From Felis catus (lineage: Eukaryota), in the NCBI RefSeq assembly GCF_018350175.1, contig NC_058373.1, positions 85,126,001 to 85,190,000 on the forward strand: a stretch of DNA of 64,000 nucleotides. Direction: 5' to 3'. The number at the start of each line of letters is the position of its first letter. The stretch's first letter is position 1. The notes below the pieces were generated by a model. That model had not been told where the DNA came from. It saw only the letters and a list, made by a program, of their open reading frames with translations, and did no database searches. Below, one piece after another: positions 13,209-25,287 of the stretch. Both the position numbers and the translations under genes were made by a program.

Positions 13209-13366
13209 AATGCCTTGTCCAGGGGTCAGAAAACATGGCTGCTGTACCAGGGTTTGGACTAATTGAGACTTTAGACTCTCTAGGCTTAGATCCTTAGCTC
13301 TCCAATGCCTGGTACACAGGCATAAGAATATTTGTGGTCTAGATTAAGGAATTAGTCTGTAAAACA
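13209..13366 (+). repeat. Local 158-bp direct repeat, copy 1
   Basis: Aligns to 14490-14647; shared blocks cagaaaacatgg, ccagggtttggactaat, ctttagactctctaggctta, tagattaaggaattagtctgtaaaaca. Confidence 0.9.
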
Positions 13367-13910
13367 AAATTATTCTGAACGAGTCTTTTTCATAGAGAGA
13401 AAGCTAAGTCTATTTCATATGACTATGGACTCTAACAATTCAAATCCATTTGCTCACTCTTGTTGGTGCGTGACTCATGGAAATGGATTTTTTTTTTTCC
13501 TTTAAGGCTGCACTGTGGTTATTCATAGTGAAGACAGTCTTAAATGCTTCTAAAACTTAATTAGTGGAACATTACAGACACACGGGAAATCCCCTAGCGG
13601 TAGGGTTCTCTATTATGCCGCCGTGCCTGATATGTTTCAAGCATGGTTTCTCCACTTTAGAGAGAAACTGATGTACAAGGTGGCTCTGGGAATTAGTAGA
13701 AACCTCTTAACATTTACCTAGAGATATAGGCACAGTATCACGAATGGATCCCTTTTGATTTACAAATATTGTCACTTTTGTTTCCTCTTTTGCAAAACCC
13801 CAAAAAAGTGATTTAGCAGACAGAGCCTAGGGGTCCACGAGGCATAAGGATAAATCCTCCCCATCTGACAGTATCACAGTTACAGAGTATTTAATAATCC
13901 TAGGTGACTT

Positions 13911-13935
13911 GTATATGTGCTGCCGAAGCGAGCAC
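13911..13935 (-). pseudogene. RNU6: 3'-truncated (tailless) U6 snRNA retrocopy, U6 nt 1-25
   Basis: Reverse complement is GTGCTCGCTTCGGCAGCACATATAC, the U6 5' end. Perfect 19-bp TSD taatcctaggtgacttgta at 13895-13913 and 13936-13954; no poly-A. Confidence 0.95.
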
Positions 13936-14099
13936 TAATCCTAGGTGACTTGTAAATATGCTAAAGCTCTTGTCTAATCTCAGAAACTATGATTTCAGAA
14001 ATAGCAGCATGATCAGTTGTTTATTTTTTTACATTATCAGGCAGTAGAGTGGTGGAAAATGATTCTGCATTTCTGACTTTGTTGTTGAAAATAGCAAAG

Positions 14100-14310
14100 T
14101 TTAAGTCCTGGACCTACCATTTACTGGCTACGAGATCCTGGACAATTGTTTTTTTCTTTGACCTCTCTAAAATTCTGTTCTTCGTCTTTAACGTGGGGAT
14201 AACAAGAATACCCATCTGAGAGGGCGGGTGTGAGGACCCAATGGGACAGCACAGGCAAAGCACATAGAGGAGATCCTGGCACATAGGCCATCCTAACAAA
14301 TGTGATTACG
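14100..14310 (+). mobile_element. MIR
   Basis: ggggataacaagaatacccatc..gtgtgagga..cctggcacatag..aacaaatgtgatta. Confidence 0.6.
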
Positions 14311-14489
14311 CTTCTCTCAGTCTTTTATGTGCCTAACTGGGCCCTGAGCAAAGAGGACTTTCTTTGTGAATTTGCTTGTGATGTTCTTTTCAGTTAGGAA
14401 TTTGTCTACCTGAGGATAAATGCCATGGAAGACATTAACTCATTTTCTCAGAGTAAGAGGGACCTTAGGAGCATTAGGATGGAATGGAG

Positions 14490-14647
14490 AATGCCTTGCC
14501 AAGGGCTCAGAAAACATGGTCACTTGTCCAGGGTTTGGACTAATAGGCTTTAGACTCTCTAGGCTTAATTCCTTACCTCTCCAGTGCCTGGCAAACAGGG
14601 ACATAGAAAGATTTGTCATTTAGATTAAGGAATTAGTCTGTAAAACA
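14490..14647 (+). repeat. Local 158-bp direct repeat, copy 2
   Basis: Diverged copy of 13209-13366. Confidence 0.9.
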
Positions 14648-15488
14648 TCTTTCACATCTGTGAAATCCTCTTTCAGAGCTCACATTCCTATTGAAGAAGG
14701 TTCCCCAATGACTGGACATTTGCTCCAGTGCTGCCATGTGGAGCTTTTTGTGGGGCACTTCTGCCTGATGCGAACGGCATAGACACCAGCTTTGGGTGGT
14801 GGTGTGCTTATCAGAATGGCAGTGGTTTAAGAAAATAGCTGCCAAGGGACAAAGAGATGGTTTTGTCAGAAGATGCTAAAAAAGAATTGCCAAAGCATTG
14901 GCCTGTTATATTTTCTTGTTATTCTCTTTAGCTAGAACTAGGTCCTATAAGCTCTACCTTACATATTTATTTGAATCTTTTGGTAATTCTTTTCTTTTTC
15001 TCTCAGTTCTGCCCTTGATACTGTAACCCAGTTTCACGAAAGATTTTCAACGAGGGCAAGTGCGGAGGAGGGGGGACAGTAAAATGACTTAACCTCATCA
15101 TGAACTCTTAGGCATGGGTCTGAGCCCTGGATGTTTTCAAGAATGATCAGACTACTTTCTTTCTACTCTTTTGGGGTTGGGCATAAAATCAATTCATGAG
15201 AAGTTGCACTTGTCCTTGTGTCCAGGTCTATTTGAGAGGTGTTTCTTCCACATCCGTCATACCAGGGTGTGTGAGGTTTCCAGGACCATCCGTAGAAACT
15301 GAACTGTCTGCGCTTTTGGTCTGGGGTGAGGATCAGCAAAAATGATTCGCTCAATGAAGTAGGGCTGGCGAGAGGAAAAAAGGAATCCAGAATGGTGAGA
15401 AATGAACTGTAGGCTAGGTCTGGTGAGGTCAGCCTCTTAAGAAAATAAAGTTATAGAGATATAATATATATCATATATATATGACTTT

Positions 15489-15706
15489 AAAAATTTTTTT
15501 TTTCAACATTTATTTATTTTTGGGACAGAGAGAGACAGAGCATGAACGGGGGAGGGGCAGAGAGAGAGGGAGACACAGAATCGGAAACAAGCTCCAGGCT
15601 CTGAGCCATCAGCCCAGAGCCTGACGCGGGGCTCGAACTCACGGACCACGAGATCATGACCTGGCTGAAGTCGGACGCTTAACCGACTGCGCCACCCAGG
15701 CGCCCC
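15489..15706 (-). mobile_element. Young felid CanSINE (SINEC_Fc-type)
   Basis: Nearly identical to 12673-12889; TSD atgacttt. Confidence 0.97.
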
Positions 15707-15719
15707 ATGACTTTTAAAG

Positions 15720-15925
15720 AAATACTATGTGTCACCTACTATATAAGCCCTTTAAACAAATCACCTCACTTTATCTTCAAAATATCCCATGAGGTGAGTG
15801 CTGTATTTTCTCATCTTACAGGTAAAGAAACTGAGAGATTAACTAACTTGCTCAAGGTCACACAGCAAGTATCAAAACTGGGATTTAAACCCAGAAAGTC
15901 TTGCTCCAGAGCCTGTGCTTTAATA
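15720..15925 (-). mobile_element. MIR
   Basis: catcttacaggtaaagaaactgag..aacttgctcaaggtcacacagc..ggatttaaacccag. Confidence 0.8.
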
Positions 15926-16494
15926 CAGATAAAACTAACATATATGTCATACTCTGGTTGTCCTCAACTCAGGCAACATGGGACCAAGATTTGCAGGGAT
16001 CTGGCATCTTGAATGATACCCCTGTTATACAGGAATGTATGGACTTCCACTAGAGTCAAAATAGACCCAGCAAGGCACTCTTATAGCTATTTCTGAATCT
16101 AGAGTGTCCTACGTTGTCATCCTACACTTCTGTTAGGAATATACTTGCCTTTGTAGGGTTATCCTACAGTGATTCAAGCCAGAATCCTCAAGAATCTACT
16201 TCTCAACCAACTATTTTGAGCTCCAGTTGAAATGTAACGTCACCATCCTATGCTGTTTAGTGCAGATGGAATGTCCACCTACATCCCAAGAACTGTCTTG
16301 GTTTTGAAGAGAACTCCATACCCAAATATATCTGGTCTTTCTTCTCAGTCCCCTTAGAAAAATACCATAATCAATAAAAATAATGCATATGTCCTCACTC
16401 TTGTTTGCACCCAGGTACAGCCATATGACTAGTGTTTGCCAGTGGAATACAGAGGCACCTGTGACCCAGCTTTCATCAAACAAGCATGAGCAAT

Positions 16495-16662
16495 GCCTTA
16501 TACTCTTATTCAGAGTATGGTCCACAGGCTGGCAGCCTGACATCATATGGGAGCTTGTTAGAAATACAGAATCTCAGGCACTACCCTAGATGCCTAGACA
16601 GAATCTGCATTTTTAGCAAGAGCCCTAGCTGATTTACATACACATTAAAATCTGATGAACCA
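16495..16662. mobile_element. MER5A-like hAT-Charlie MITE
   Basis: gggagcttgttagaaatacagaatctcagg..agaatctgcatttttagcaag..cacattaaaatctga. Confidence 0.8.
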
Positions 16663-19600
16663 ACAACAGAAATATCCTAGATCTCTGCTTGATCACATGG
16701 AGTGTGGCTTTCCTAATAACTGGCCCTCTCATCTCATGACTGTTATGTAAGAGAGGCATAAGCATCTATGGTAAGCCACCATAATTTGAGGTCTCTTCAC
16801 TGCAGTAGCTTTGACTTCATTCCTAAGGAGTGCAGTATTGTTATCCTGATTTTAAGGACAAGAAAATTGAGATTTAGAAAATGCATCACCAGAGGCCTCC
16901 AGGAAATAGAATTCAACTTGGGTGGTTGGAATAAGGAGATTTTCATAAAGGGAGGTGGGCAGGGTTAACGATAGAGAGCTAGTATAGGCTCCCCTTTCAA
17001 GAAGTTGAGCAGTAAAGGGAAGGAAGCCAACTGGTAGCTAGAAGTTATAGTCTGGGAGTTCAGAACCTGAATGTATCTGTGGGCAGTGGAGAAGGAGTGA
17101 AATGTAAGAGAATGAGGTGAAAGGAGATGATCAATGGAAACTTGAAGAAGGCAAGGGGCAGAATAAAAGAATGGCTTCTGGAGAGAGGGGTGTTTGCTTC
17201 TCTGAGATGGGTGGGGGGAAAGAAGGGAAAGATGTGTGTGGATGTGGTCAGTTTGTGATGTGCATGTGTGACCAGGCTTGAAGGAACTCATGTCTTTTCT
17301 GCCAAGGAGATCAGATCTTGTGCTAGGAGAGAAGGGGATATCCCCTGCGCTTGCTGAGGAGATTGGCTATGAACCAGGTAGGGGGAAGGTGATAAATAGG
17401 TATGGGGGAGGGCTAAATCCAGTTTGACAGTCTCTCCTGCTATAGGACTTCTGCTTTGTTCCTAGGCACAAAGGGGTTAAATTGGAGAACACTCTGGTCT
17501 GGTAAAAAGTAAGGATCTGAGGAATCCCCTGTGTTAGGTCTAATTTGGTAGAGAAGTTCCTCACAGTAAAACTGGACAATGGCCTCATATCCTGAACTAC
17601 CATATAATATTTGAGGCACTAAAATTTTATTATTGTTTCTTTGTCCATTGGCAAAGCTGCACCCTGGTCTCCAGGCTTGAGCCCATGTGCTCACCTGGTT
17701 GCTTCAAGAGGATAAGCCTGTGTACAATAATGGAGCAGCCTACTTCAGCCTCCCTCATTTGAGCCTCCATTCAGAATCACATGTGGGAAATTTGTTTGGA
17801 AGTTGCCATAACCAGAGTAGGCTGCCAGCAGTTCTGTGTCTGATGTGCCAGACGGCCTGGAAAGATGGGGACTTACCCCAGGGGACTCAAGTTGCTGGCC
17901 ATCTACTCTGCAGACTCTGGTCGGGGATGATCAGGCCCCCGAGACGTTGCCATTTTATTCCCATCTCCATGTTAGCCAGCTTTGCTGGCCAAACCATCAG
18001 GCCAGCTGGTGGCTTCTCTTTGGCTGTTTTAAGAAAGGGATTTATTTTACAGAGACAATGGATTTTTTCATCCATGTTTGAATAGATTTGTGGTCTCTCT
18101 TCCAGTGTTGAATGGTTTGTCCAGTGAACAAGGACCCATGATTCTCAGCCTCTCTGTAACTTCTGACTCTTAAGTCTCCAGGATAAAAGAGCTCTGCTTT
18201 GTACTTGCTGGACATAATCATTTCTGAATAATTTTTTATGTTGCTATATCATGTTGTATACAGGCAGGGGATGATTTTGGAAGCATTAGTTAAGGTTTTC
18301 ACAGGTCATATAAGGAATGATTTATACCAGCATAAAATAGTACCATTATGTATGAATTATTAGACGCTTATTTAATTATGTATTGTTTTTGATATGAATC
18401 CATTTAATAATTTTATATAAATTCTTGGCCGTTTTGGTAACTCTAGGAGCTAAATAAGTGGGTCCTCTTGGGAGAATGACCTTGTTCTGAATGCTGTTTC
18501 TTTTTAACGGAAAAGATAAACTTGATTATTTAATTGTTTGCAAAACAGAAAGAAACACATTAAAATTTCATCAAAGAAACAAAACAAAATTAACTAACAG
18601 AATAATCCACAGCTTTAGGTTTTCCATGTATCTCTGCCTAGATAGTACATTTATTTCGCTTATGAAAACTTAAACTTCTTTTTTAGTTATAGGCAAACAT
18701 ATCCAGAAATAACCATGCATGGAAAAAGTGTTCAGAGATGTTGTTAAGTGGAAAAAGTGAGTTATATGTGTAGTATGTAATTCCCAAACTTAGAAAACAA
18801 ACAATATATATATTCCTATGCAAATACACGGAGATATATTAGCATGTATGTAGACGTGTAAAAAATAATTGGAAGATATGCTGAGATTTAGTTTCACGTT
18901 TTATTCACTCTTCCTCGCCTTCACTATTTTCCTGGATTGAGGTACTTCTCGTGGGCAGATGGGTATAAGTCCTCAGAAATAAAGGACATGACGCTTCCCA
19001 GATGAGGGTGGAGACTGAGGCCTCCTGATGAAGTTGAGGTGTTGAGAGAGATCACATTATTTTTCAGAGAAGATAAAGAGATACAAAAGCAGAAGCCTGA
19101 TATAACTGAACCCTATTTTTCCCCTGAAAATAAAAAAATGCTGCACATTTATTTATTCCCAAGTGTTATACTGTCATCAATATATATTCAAGGTTTGGAT
19201 AAAATTTACTTAATCAAAAGAAATTAAAAGTAAAAGGAATTTCCAGGCAATGAATACAAACAACAATTTGTATTCAAATTGAATAATAGAAAATGTGGAA
19301 AGTGTGCTTGATTTGAGTCAGACAAATCAACAGTCACCGTGTTAACAGATATTGTAATGAGAAAGGTGGTTTAAGAGATAAAAATGCAGAATGGCCAAGG
19401 AAGAAATGAAAACACGGCACACACTGCAGCAGTGTCTCTGGCTTATCTCACACCCATCACAGATGTGCATGTTTAGGGGTGTGTTACATTGTTTCAGAAG
19501 AGATGCCACGTGCTGAGCAGATTCATAAATATAATAACAGATTATTATAGCAAAGACGTTTTATTGCAGTTTAGGAGCCAATATTGTCTGCTTTATGAAG

Positions 19601-20651
19601 ACCTAAAACACACCTACGATTTAAAGTAGGCCCCCAGGGAAGCTCTTGGTCAGCCATCAAGCCCAAGGCAATTTATTGGCAGAATTAAATTCTGGCTAAT
19701 TTCCTTAGTGCCAGTGTGTCCAGTCCTCTCATTAACTGCACTAGTTACCGATGGAAAATACGTCTTTCAGTGCAGGGCACTTTGCTGAAGTGGAGCCAGC
19801 CTCCTGCGAAGTGCCTGGAAGATTGGTTTGGAGTATTCTGAAGTGGTTTGGGGGTCCCCAGAGTCTCACAGGCATGGTATAGTGACTCCTGTCAGGGGCC
19901 CCTTTGGCCTCAGTGGAAAGTTCTGAAGTGAGACTGTGCTAATGCCAGGCTTGGTTGCTGAGACTGCTTGTGTGTGTTATTGTGTGTGGGAAGAGGAGGA
20001 TCGGCTCCACAGCTCACCTCCCCTCGCAGGGAGAAGGACATGAAAGGGAGAGCAGGGACCTGGAGGAGAGATATGAAGTAATGGAAGTGCACAGACTTCA
20101 GATGAGTCTGGAAAAGACTCCAGGCACGGTCACTTCCGGGGCAGAAGAAGCTATAGTAAAGGATAATTGCAAGCCAGAGGGCATGCAGTGTATTGAGTTC
20201 AGGTGCTTCAGGAGAGTGTGGAAAAGTGGGAGGAAATGGGGAGATGAGGCAAAGATGCCAAGGTTTGCTGCAGCGAGTTGGGGGAAGGGCACCCTGGGGT
20301 GGAATGAGGTGGGGGAAAATCAGAATGACTTTGCATTTATGGGGTGTCTATCCACACAACACAGGCTTTTAGAACTTTCTCCGTGGCAACTTCTGCAGTT
20401 TTATTCAACAAAATCCCATTATGCTATCGTGTTTTCTGTTTGCCAATGTAATGGACAAAGCAGGATGCTTTTCATAAGTGACACTCAAATAAAGGCATGA
20501 CGATGTCTATCTTCAGTTTCTAAATGGCTAATGGCTAAATGCCATGGGACCGAGTGGGGAGTCAGGATGCAGGAGGATTGCACTTTATCCAGATTGGAGA
20601 ACATGGCTGTCACAAAGATGTGCGTATCACACTGGTGGTAAAAGACAGGCA

Positions 20652-20737
20652 GGGGTGCCTGGCTGGCTTAGGCAGGAGAGCTCAAGCCCCACATTGGGTG
20701 TAGAGATGACTTAAATGAATAAATAAACTTAAAAAAA
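20652..20737 (+). mobile_element. Short CT-less CanSINE, internally deleted
   Basis: ggggtgcctggctggct..aagccccacattgggtgtagagat, A tail; imperfect TSD aaagaca(t)ggca. Confidence 0.85.
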
Positions 20738-21831
20738 AAGACATGGCAGAAATACTTCAGGTTTATTCTGGAGTACTTTACCTTTTTATTGCAAGCAAGG
20801 GGAGACTAGTTTGTGTATCACTTTAGGCATTGGTGTGATGTTATCCTGGGATGTGGGGAACTCTGAGATGAAGAAAATACAAGGTGGATTGAGACCAGGG
20901 GTGTCACTGGAGCCAACAAAAGAGAGTGTAATTAGAATCCTGAGAGCACAACCAGAGAGTCACAAGCATAAAAAGGAGAAAGAAAGAAGAGTCAAAGATT
21001 CTCCTAAGGACTGTAGTACAGCTCTAGGAAATTGAACAAGTTAAAGTAGATTCATCAGCAGATGTCTCGAAGAACCAACTAGAATAATTTACTTTATATG
21101 CTTAAGAAAAACAGCTGCAGAAAATCAATAAAGGGACTAGTGAGGAATCAGTATAGAATAGGGAGGCATTTTTCAAAGGATCCTCCAAGCCCACGAGGCA
21201 TCAGAGAAAGCTATTACATCTATTATGACAGACTTGGTGTTTTAGGATGAGAAATTCCACCTTAGTGATTATAGCATATAGTGAACTACCAGCAGCAGGT
21301 TGTTAAATTTCAGTGACTGGGTACTGTTTACTTATTTGCCTATGCTCTGTGGTTAAAGAGAAGGGGCTCATATTCTCACTCATCTTTTGCTTTATGATGC
21401 TCTCACCTCTGTAATTCTTTGTGTGTTAAAATGACATACTTTGGGAAAAGTATTATTAGAATTCTTTCAGTAGTGTCTAATCTGAAGAGTTAAAAATCAT
21501 AGGCGATTTTCTAAGAGGAGTTGGGTTATACACCTGTGTTTATAACTGATTATATTCTTCTATGCATATTTTTATGTTGCTATGAAAACTACCATACTAT
21601 AAAGTTATTAATATGTCTCAATTTCCAGTTTCTACAGCTGTAGGGCAATACCGACATCTTAATTTTAGGGTATACTTTTAAAGGCAACCTTTGAAAATTG
21701 GTAATCTTTTCATTATTAGATCGGCTTTCCAATGCAAGAGAAGGGGCATACTGCAACACCTAATTTTCATTTTTGCTTTTATTTTCGCTTCCAGTATCTG
21801 AATTCCTTTCCTATGTTATAAGAGGTCTCTA

Positions 21832-22048
21832 GGGGCGCCTGGGTGGCTCAGTCGGTTAAGCGTCCGACTTCGGCTCAGGTCACGATCTCGCGGTCCGTGA
21901 GTTCGAGCCCTGCGTCGGGCTCTGGGCTGACGGCTCAGAGCCTGAAGCCTGCTTCCGATTCTGTGTCTCCCTCTCTCTCTGCCCCTACCCCGTTCATGCT
22001 CTGTCTCTCTCTGTCTCAAAAATAAATAAACGTTAAAAAAGATTTTTT
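21832..22048 (+). mobile_element. Young felid CanSINE
   Basis: Full head ggggcgcctgggtggctcagtcggttaagcgtccg; TSD aagaggt(c/t)tcta. Confidence 0.97.
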
Positions 22049-22084
22049 AAAGAGGTTTCTAAAAGTTGAAAATCACTGATGCTT

Positions 22085-22495
22085 AATTTCCCTGCTTTCC
22101 ATGCAGCTGTGATATAGAAATGTGACTGAGAATTGGCCAATCAGATGCATGTACCCCAGACTTTGAACTGGGAATGAGTAATAGAGAAGCATGGTAACTG
22201 GGAGTTCTTTTGCCAACGGGAAGAGTGACAGCAACAGCCACTTCATGGGGGCAGTGGGGACAGCAGTGCCGAGGGTGGTGGAAACTGGAGCACTGACTGC
22301 TTGGTAGTGGGTCCCTGGTGTGATCTCTGGTATGACTTTGTTTAGCGGGGTTCTGGCTGCCTGGTCTTCCTTGCTCCTGCACTTTCTGATCTTCGTCTTC
22401 CAGTTTTCCCTGTGACTTTGTGAGCTAACCAAAGTTCCTCCAGTAAATCTCATTTCTGCCTGTATCAGTCAGTCTGTATCCGCTATTTACCATTG
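22085..22495 (+). mobile_element. ERVL LTR relic (LTR16-like)
   Basis: tgtgactgagaattggccaatcag..agactttgaactgg..ccagtaaatctcatttctgc. Confidence 0.5.
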
Positions 22496-22884
22496 CATTT
22501 TATGTTTGGTAGGTTTACCACACCGAACTGAGAGGAACCCAGGGTTTTGTTTTGTTTTGTTTTGTTTTCTTTCAGTCCCGTGACTAGGTAATAAGGTGAC
22601 CAACAGTCCTGGTTTACCAAGGACTGAGGGGATTCTGGGACACATGAGTGGTAGGCAAGTCTCTGTGTTGAGTTGGTCGATCCTACTGAGTAGGTTATGT
22701 GGCCTAGACATCTTTCAAACCTGTTTCTACTCCTTCATCTGGAATACAGAGGCGCATGTGTTATTACGAAGGTCAAACCAAACAGTTAGTATGAAAGCAC
22801 TTTGCAACGTGTGAGGGGCCGTACCAAAGCAAGGTGGCATTATTGTTGAGCGGTTCTAGATAAGCATCCTTAGGGTGACTCTTC

Positions 22885-23090
22885 AGCCAGTGTGAGTGTG
22901 TTTCCCAGGACCATCTGCATGAGAATAACCTATTAAAATACATACTAAATGTTAAAATACTTAAAAATGCAGATCTCTGGGCTCCACTCCAAACTTCTTG
23001 AGCAAAATTTCTGGGGTGAGTCTCAAGAATCTGAGTTTTAAAAAGTTTTCAGTTGATTCCAACCCACACTAAAATTTGAAGATCCCCAGT
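22885..23090. mobile_element. MER5-like MITE
   Basis: aaaatgcagatctctgggctccactcca..aagaatctgagttttaa..cacactaaaatttgaaga. Confidence 0.7.
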
Positions 23091-23144
23091 ACTGCACCTG
23101 AGTCTGCCCTGAGTTCTCTGTTCTGGAGACCACATTTTATGTTC

Positions 23145-23312
23145 TTGCTGCTCAAAGCATGGACCGTGGACCAGCAGCACTGGCATCAACTTGGACACTC
23201 ATTACAGACGTAGAATCTGAGGCCCCATCCTGGACCTACTGAATCAGACTCTGCAGTTTAACAAGATCTCCAGGTGATGTACATACGTATTAAAATCTGT
23301 GAAGCCCCACTG
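23145..23312. mobile_element. MER5A-like MITE
   Basis: ctcaaagcatggaccgtggaccagcagcactggcatca..gacctactgaatcagactctgcagtttaacaagatctccaggtgat. Confidence 0.85.
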
Positions 23313-24488
23313 CATATTAAGTTAATATCAAATGGAAGGGGAAGGATTTACTTGTCTGGTGTAAGGGTTAGGCCCAATAACTTCCCCACGTTCTTAACCA
23401 GTGGGGAGTGAGACCCACGAATCTGATAAATGCCGATCGGAATGGCAGCTAGCTTCCTGAGAAAAGCTGTATTGGAAGACATGACTTAGGTGGGGTCAAG
23501 TATGCTTTTATGAACTCTTTCCTGAATTGAGCATAACCTCCCAAATATCAGGCCTCCCCAGAAGCTGTGCCTCTCTGAGCTCCCACGTGGCCAGGGCACC
23601 AGACCACAACATACCCTCCCTACAGGCAGACAGAACCAAAGCAGAGAAGGGCTGAGCCAAGGCTGCCAAGTTTCTATCTACTTCCCACCCTGGGGGGAAG
23701 CTGACCGCGTTTACTCCTCTTTGGTAGGAGGAAAGTCAGGAGTCCTGTCTAGGCGAGTCATTCCACCTGTTGTTCCTTCTAACATCAGGACATAAGGAGC
23801 TGCCAAAAGAGCCTTCAGAGCCTTGGGAGACCATGAATTGCTCTGGGCAGTCAGCCCAGGTGGCCTCCGAATCCCTTTGACACATGGTCTGCGATGACAT
23901 CTTGTGGAGTCTGAGTAGGCAGCCCCACTCTCCCACCCAGCTACTTCTTTCTTCTGTCTTCCTACATTGCTTGCTGGTTCCACAGCTGCCAAGGGCGGGG
24001 GACCCCAGGGAAACCCAGGTGGTGGCTATATCTGCAGAGGAACCTCTGGAGGCAGGCCACTGAGTGAGTTGTACATTTTTGAGGCTACAGGGGCCACGTT
24101 TCACCCCTTGCTAAGATCAGGTCCCCTTGACATCTTCCTTCAGTCCATGAAGAAGCTGCTTTTTTCCCCATGCATAGGGTTTCTCACCTCCATCACATGA
24201 AAATGACTCTGAATTTGGACTGATTGCCTTATGGCTAATAGTGTGTTAGTGATAGGCAAAACCAGACTTTGAACCCCAGTGTGTCTAGCATCGTCTAATC
24301 GTTTAATTGGCCATAATGATTTTATTATCTGGGTTTTAAAATGGGACAATCGGCAATTTTTTCCAAGTGCTTCCAGGTTGATTACATATGTAAAAGGGGA
24401 GGAGGTACGTCGTAATATCTATATGCCCAGTAACTGCTTTTTCAAATTACATTCATTCCTCTTTATTTTATTTGAAAGTGTAGGGAGT

Positions 24489-24820
24489 NNNNNNNNNNNN
24501 NNNNNNNNNNNNNNNNNNNNNNNNNNNNNNNNNNNNNNNNNNNNNNNNNNNNNNNNNNNNNNNNNNNNNNNNNNNNNNNNNNNNNNNNNNNNNNNNNNNN
24601 NNNNNNNNNNNNNNNNNNNNNNNNNNNNNNNNNNNNNNNNNNNNNNNNNNNNNNNNNNNNNNNNNNNNNNNNNNNNNNNNNNNNNNNNNNNNNNNNNNNN
24701 NNNNNNNNNNNNNNNNNNNNNNNNNNNNNNNNNNNNNNNNNNNNNNNNNNNNNNNNNNNNNNNNNNNNNNNNNNNNNNNNNNNNNNNNNNNNNNNNNNNN
24801 NNNNNNNNNNNNNNNNNNNN
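24489..24820. other. N block, 332 bp
   Basis: Counted directly. Confidence 0.99.
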
Positions 24821-25107
24821 TTTTTTAGTCATAGAAATATGAGAGGGATGGAGGTGGGGGTGGGAAGATAGGGAGACAGAAAAGAAGCCTGACAGATAAA
24901 AAAGGCAAATGGGTAGAGTTTTATTTTCCCCTTACCCCTAGGAAACCATGGATGCAAGGACATAATCAGAATTCTATTTTCGATGCCTGAAATAGATTTT
25001 AATTCTATTAAAGATCTTCTTCAAGATTCATTCCTTCTCCCTAAGACTCAAATCACAGCCAACTCACAAAGGAGGCTGAATGTGAAAGGGTAGAGTCGGG
25101 TGTAAAC

Positions 25108-25287
25108 NNNNNNNNNNNNNNNNNNNNNNNNNNNNNNNNNNNNNNNNNNNNNNNNNNNNNNNNNNNNNNNNNNNNNNNNNNNNNNNNNNNNNNNNNNNNN
25201 NNNNNNNNNNNNNNNNNNNNNNNNNNNNNNNNNNNNNNNNNNNNNNNNNNNNNNNNNNNNNNNNNNNNNNNNNNNNNNNNNNNNNNN
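25108..25287. other. N block, 180 bp
   Basis: Counted directly. Confidence 0.99.

Noticed and set aside
19955-20500. 181-aa ORF (longest unmasked ORF)
   Set aside because: Non-ATG start, no recognisable domain and no convincing splice context; expected by chance in purine-rich DNA.
24489-24826. Hidden 7SK gene (332-bp N block followed by T6)
   Set aside because: The length match is suggestive only. There is no recognisable PSE or TATA box upstream, and 332 also fits the padded-mask pattern. The content is not visible.
24279-24842. Long ORFs spanning N blocks
   Set aside because: Artefacts of N codons having no stops.
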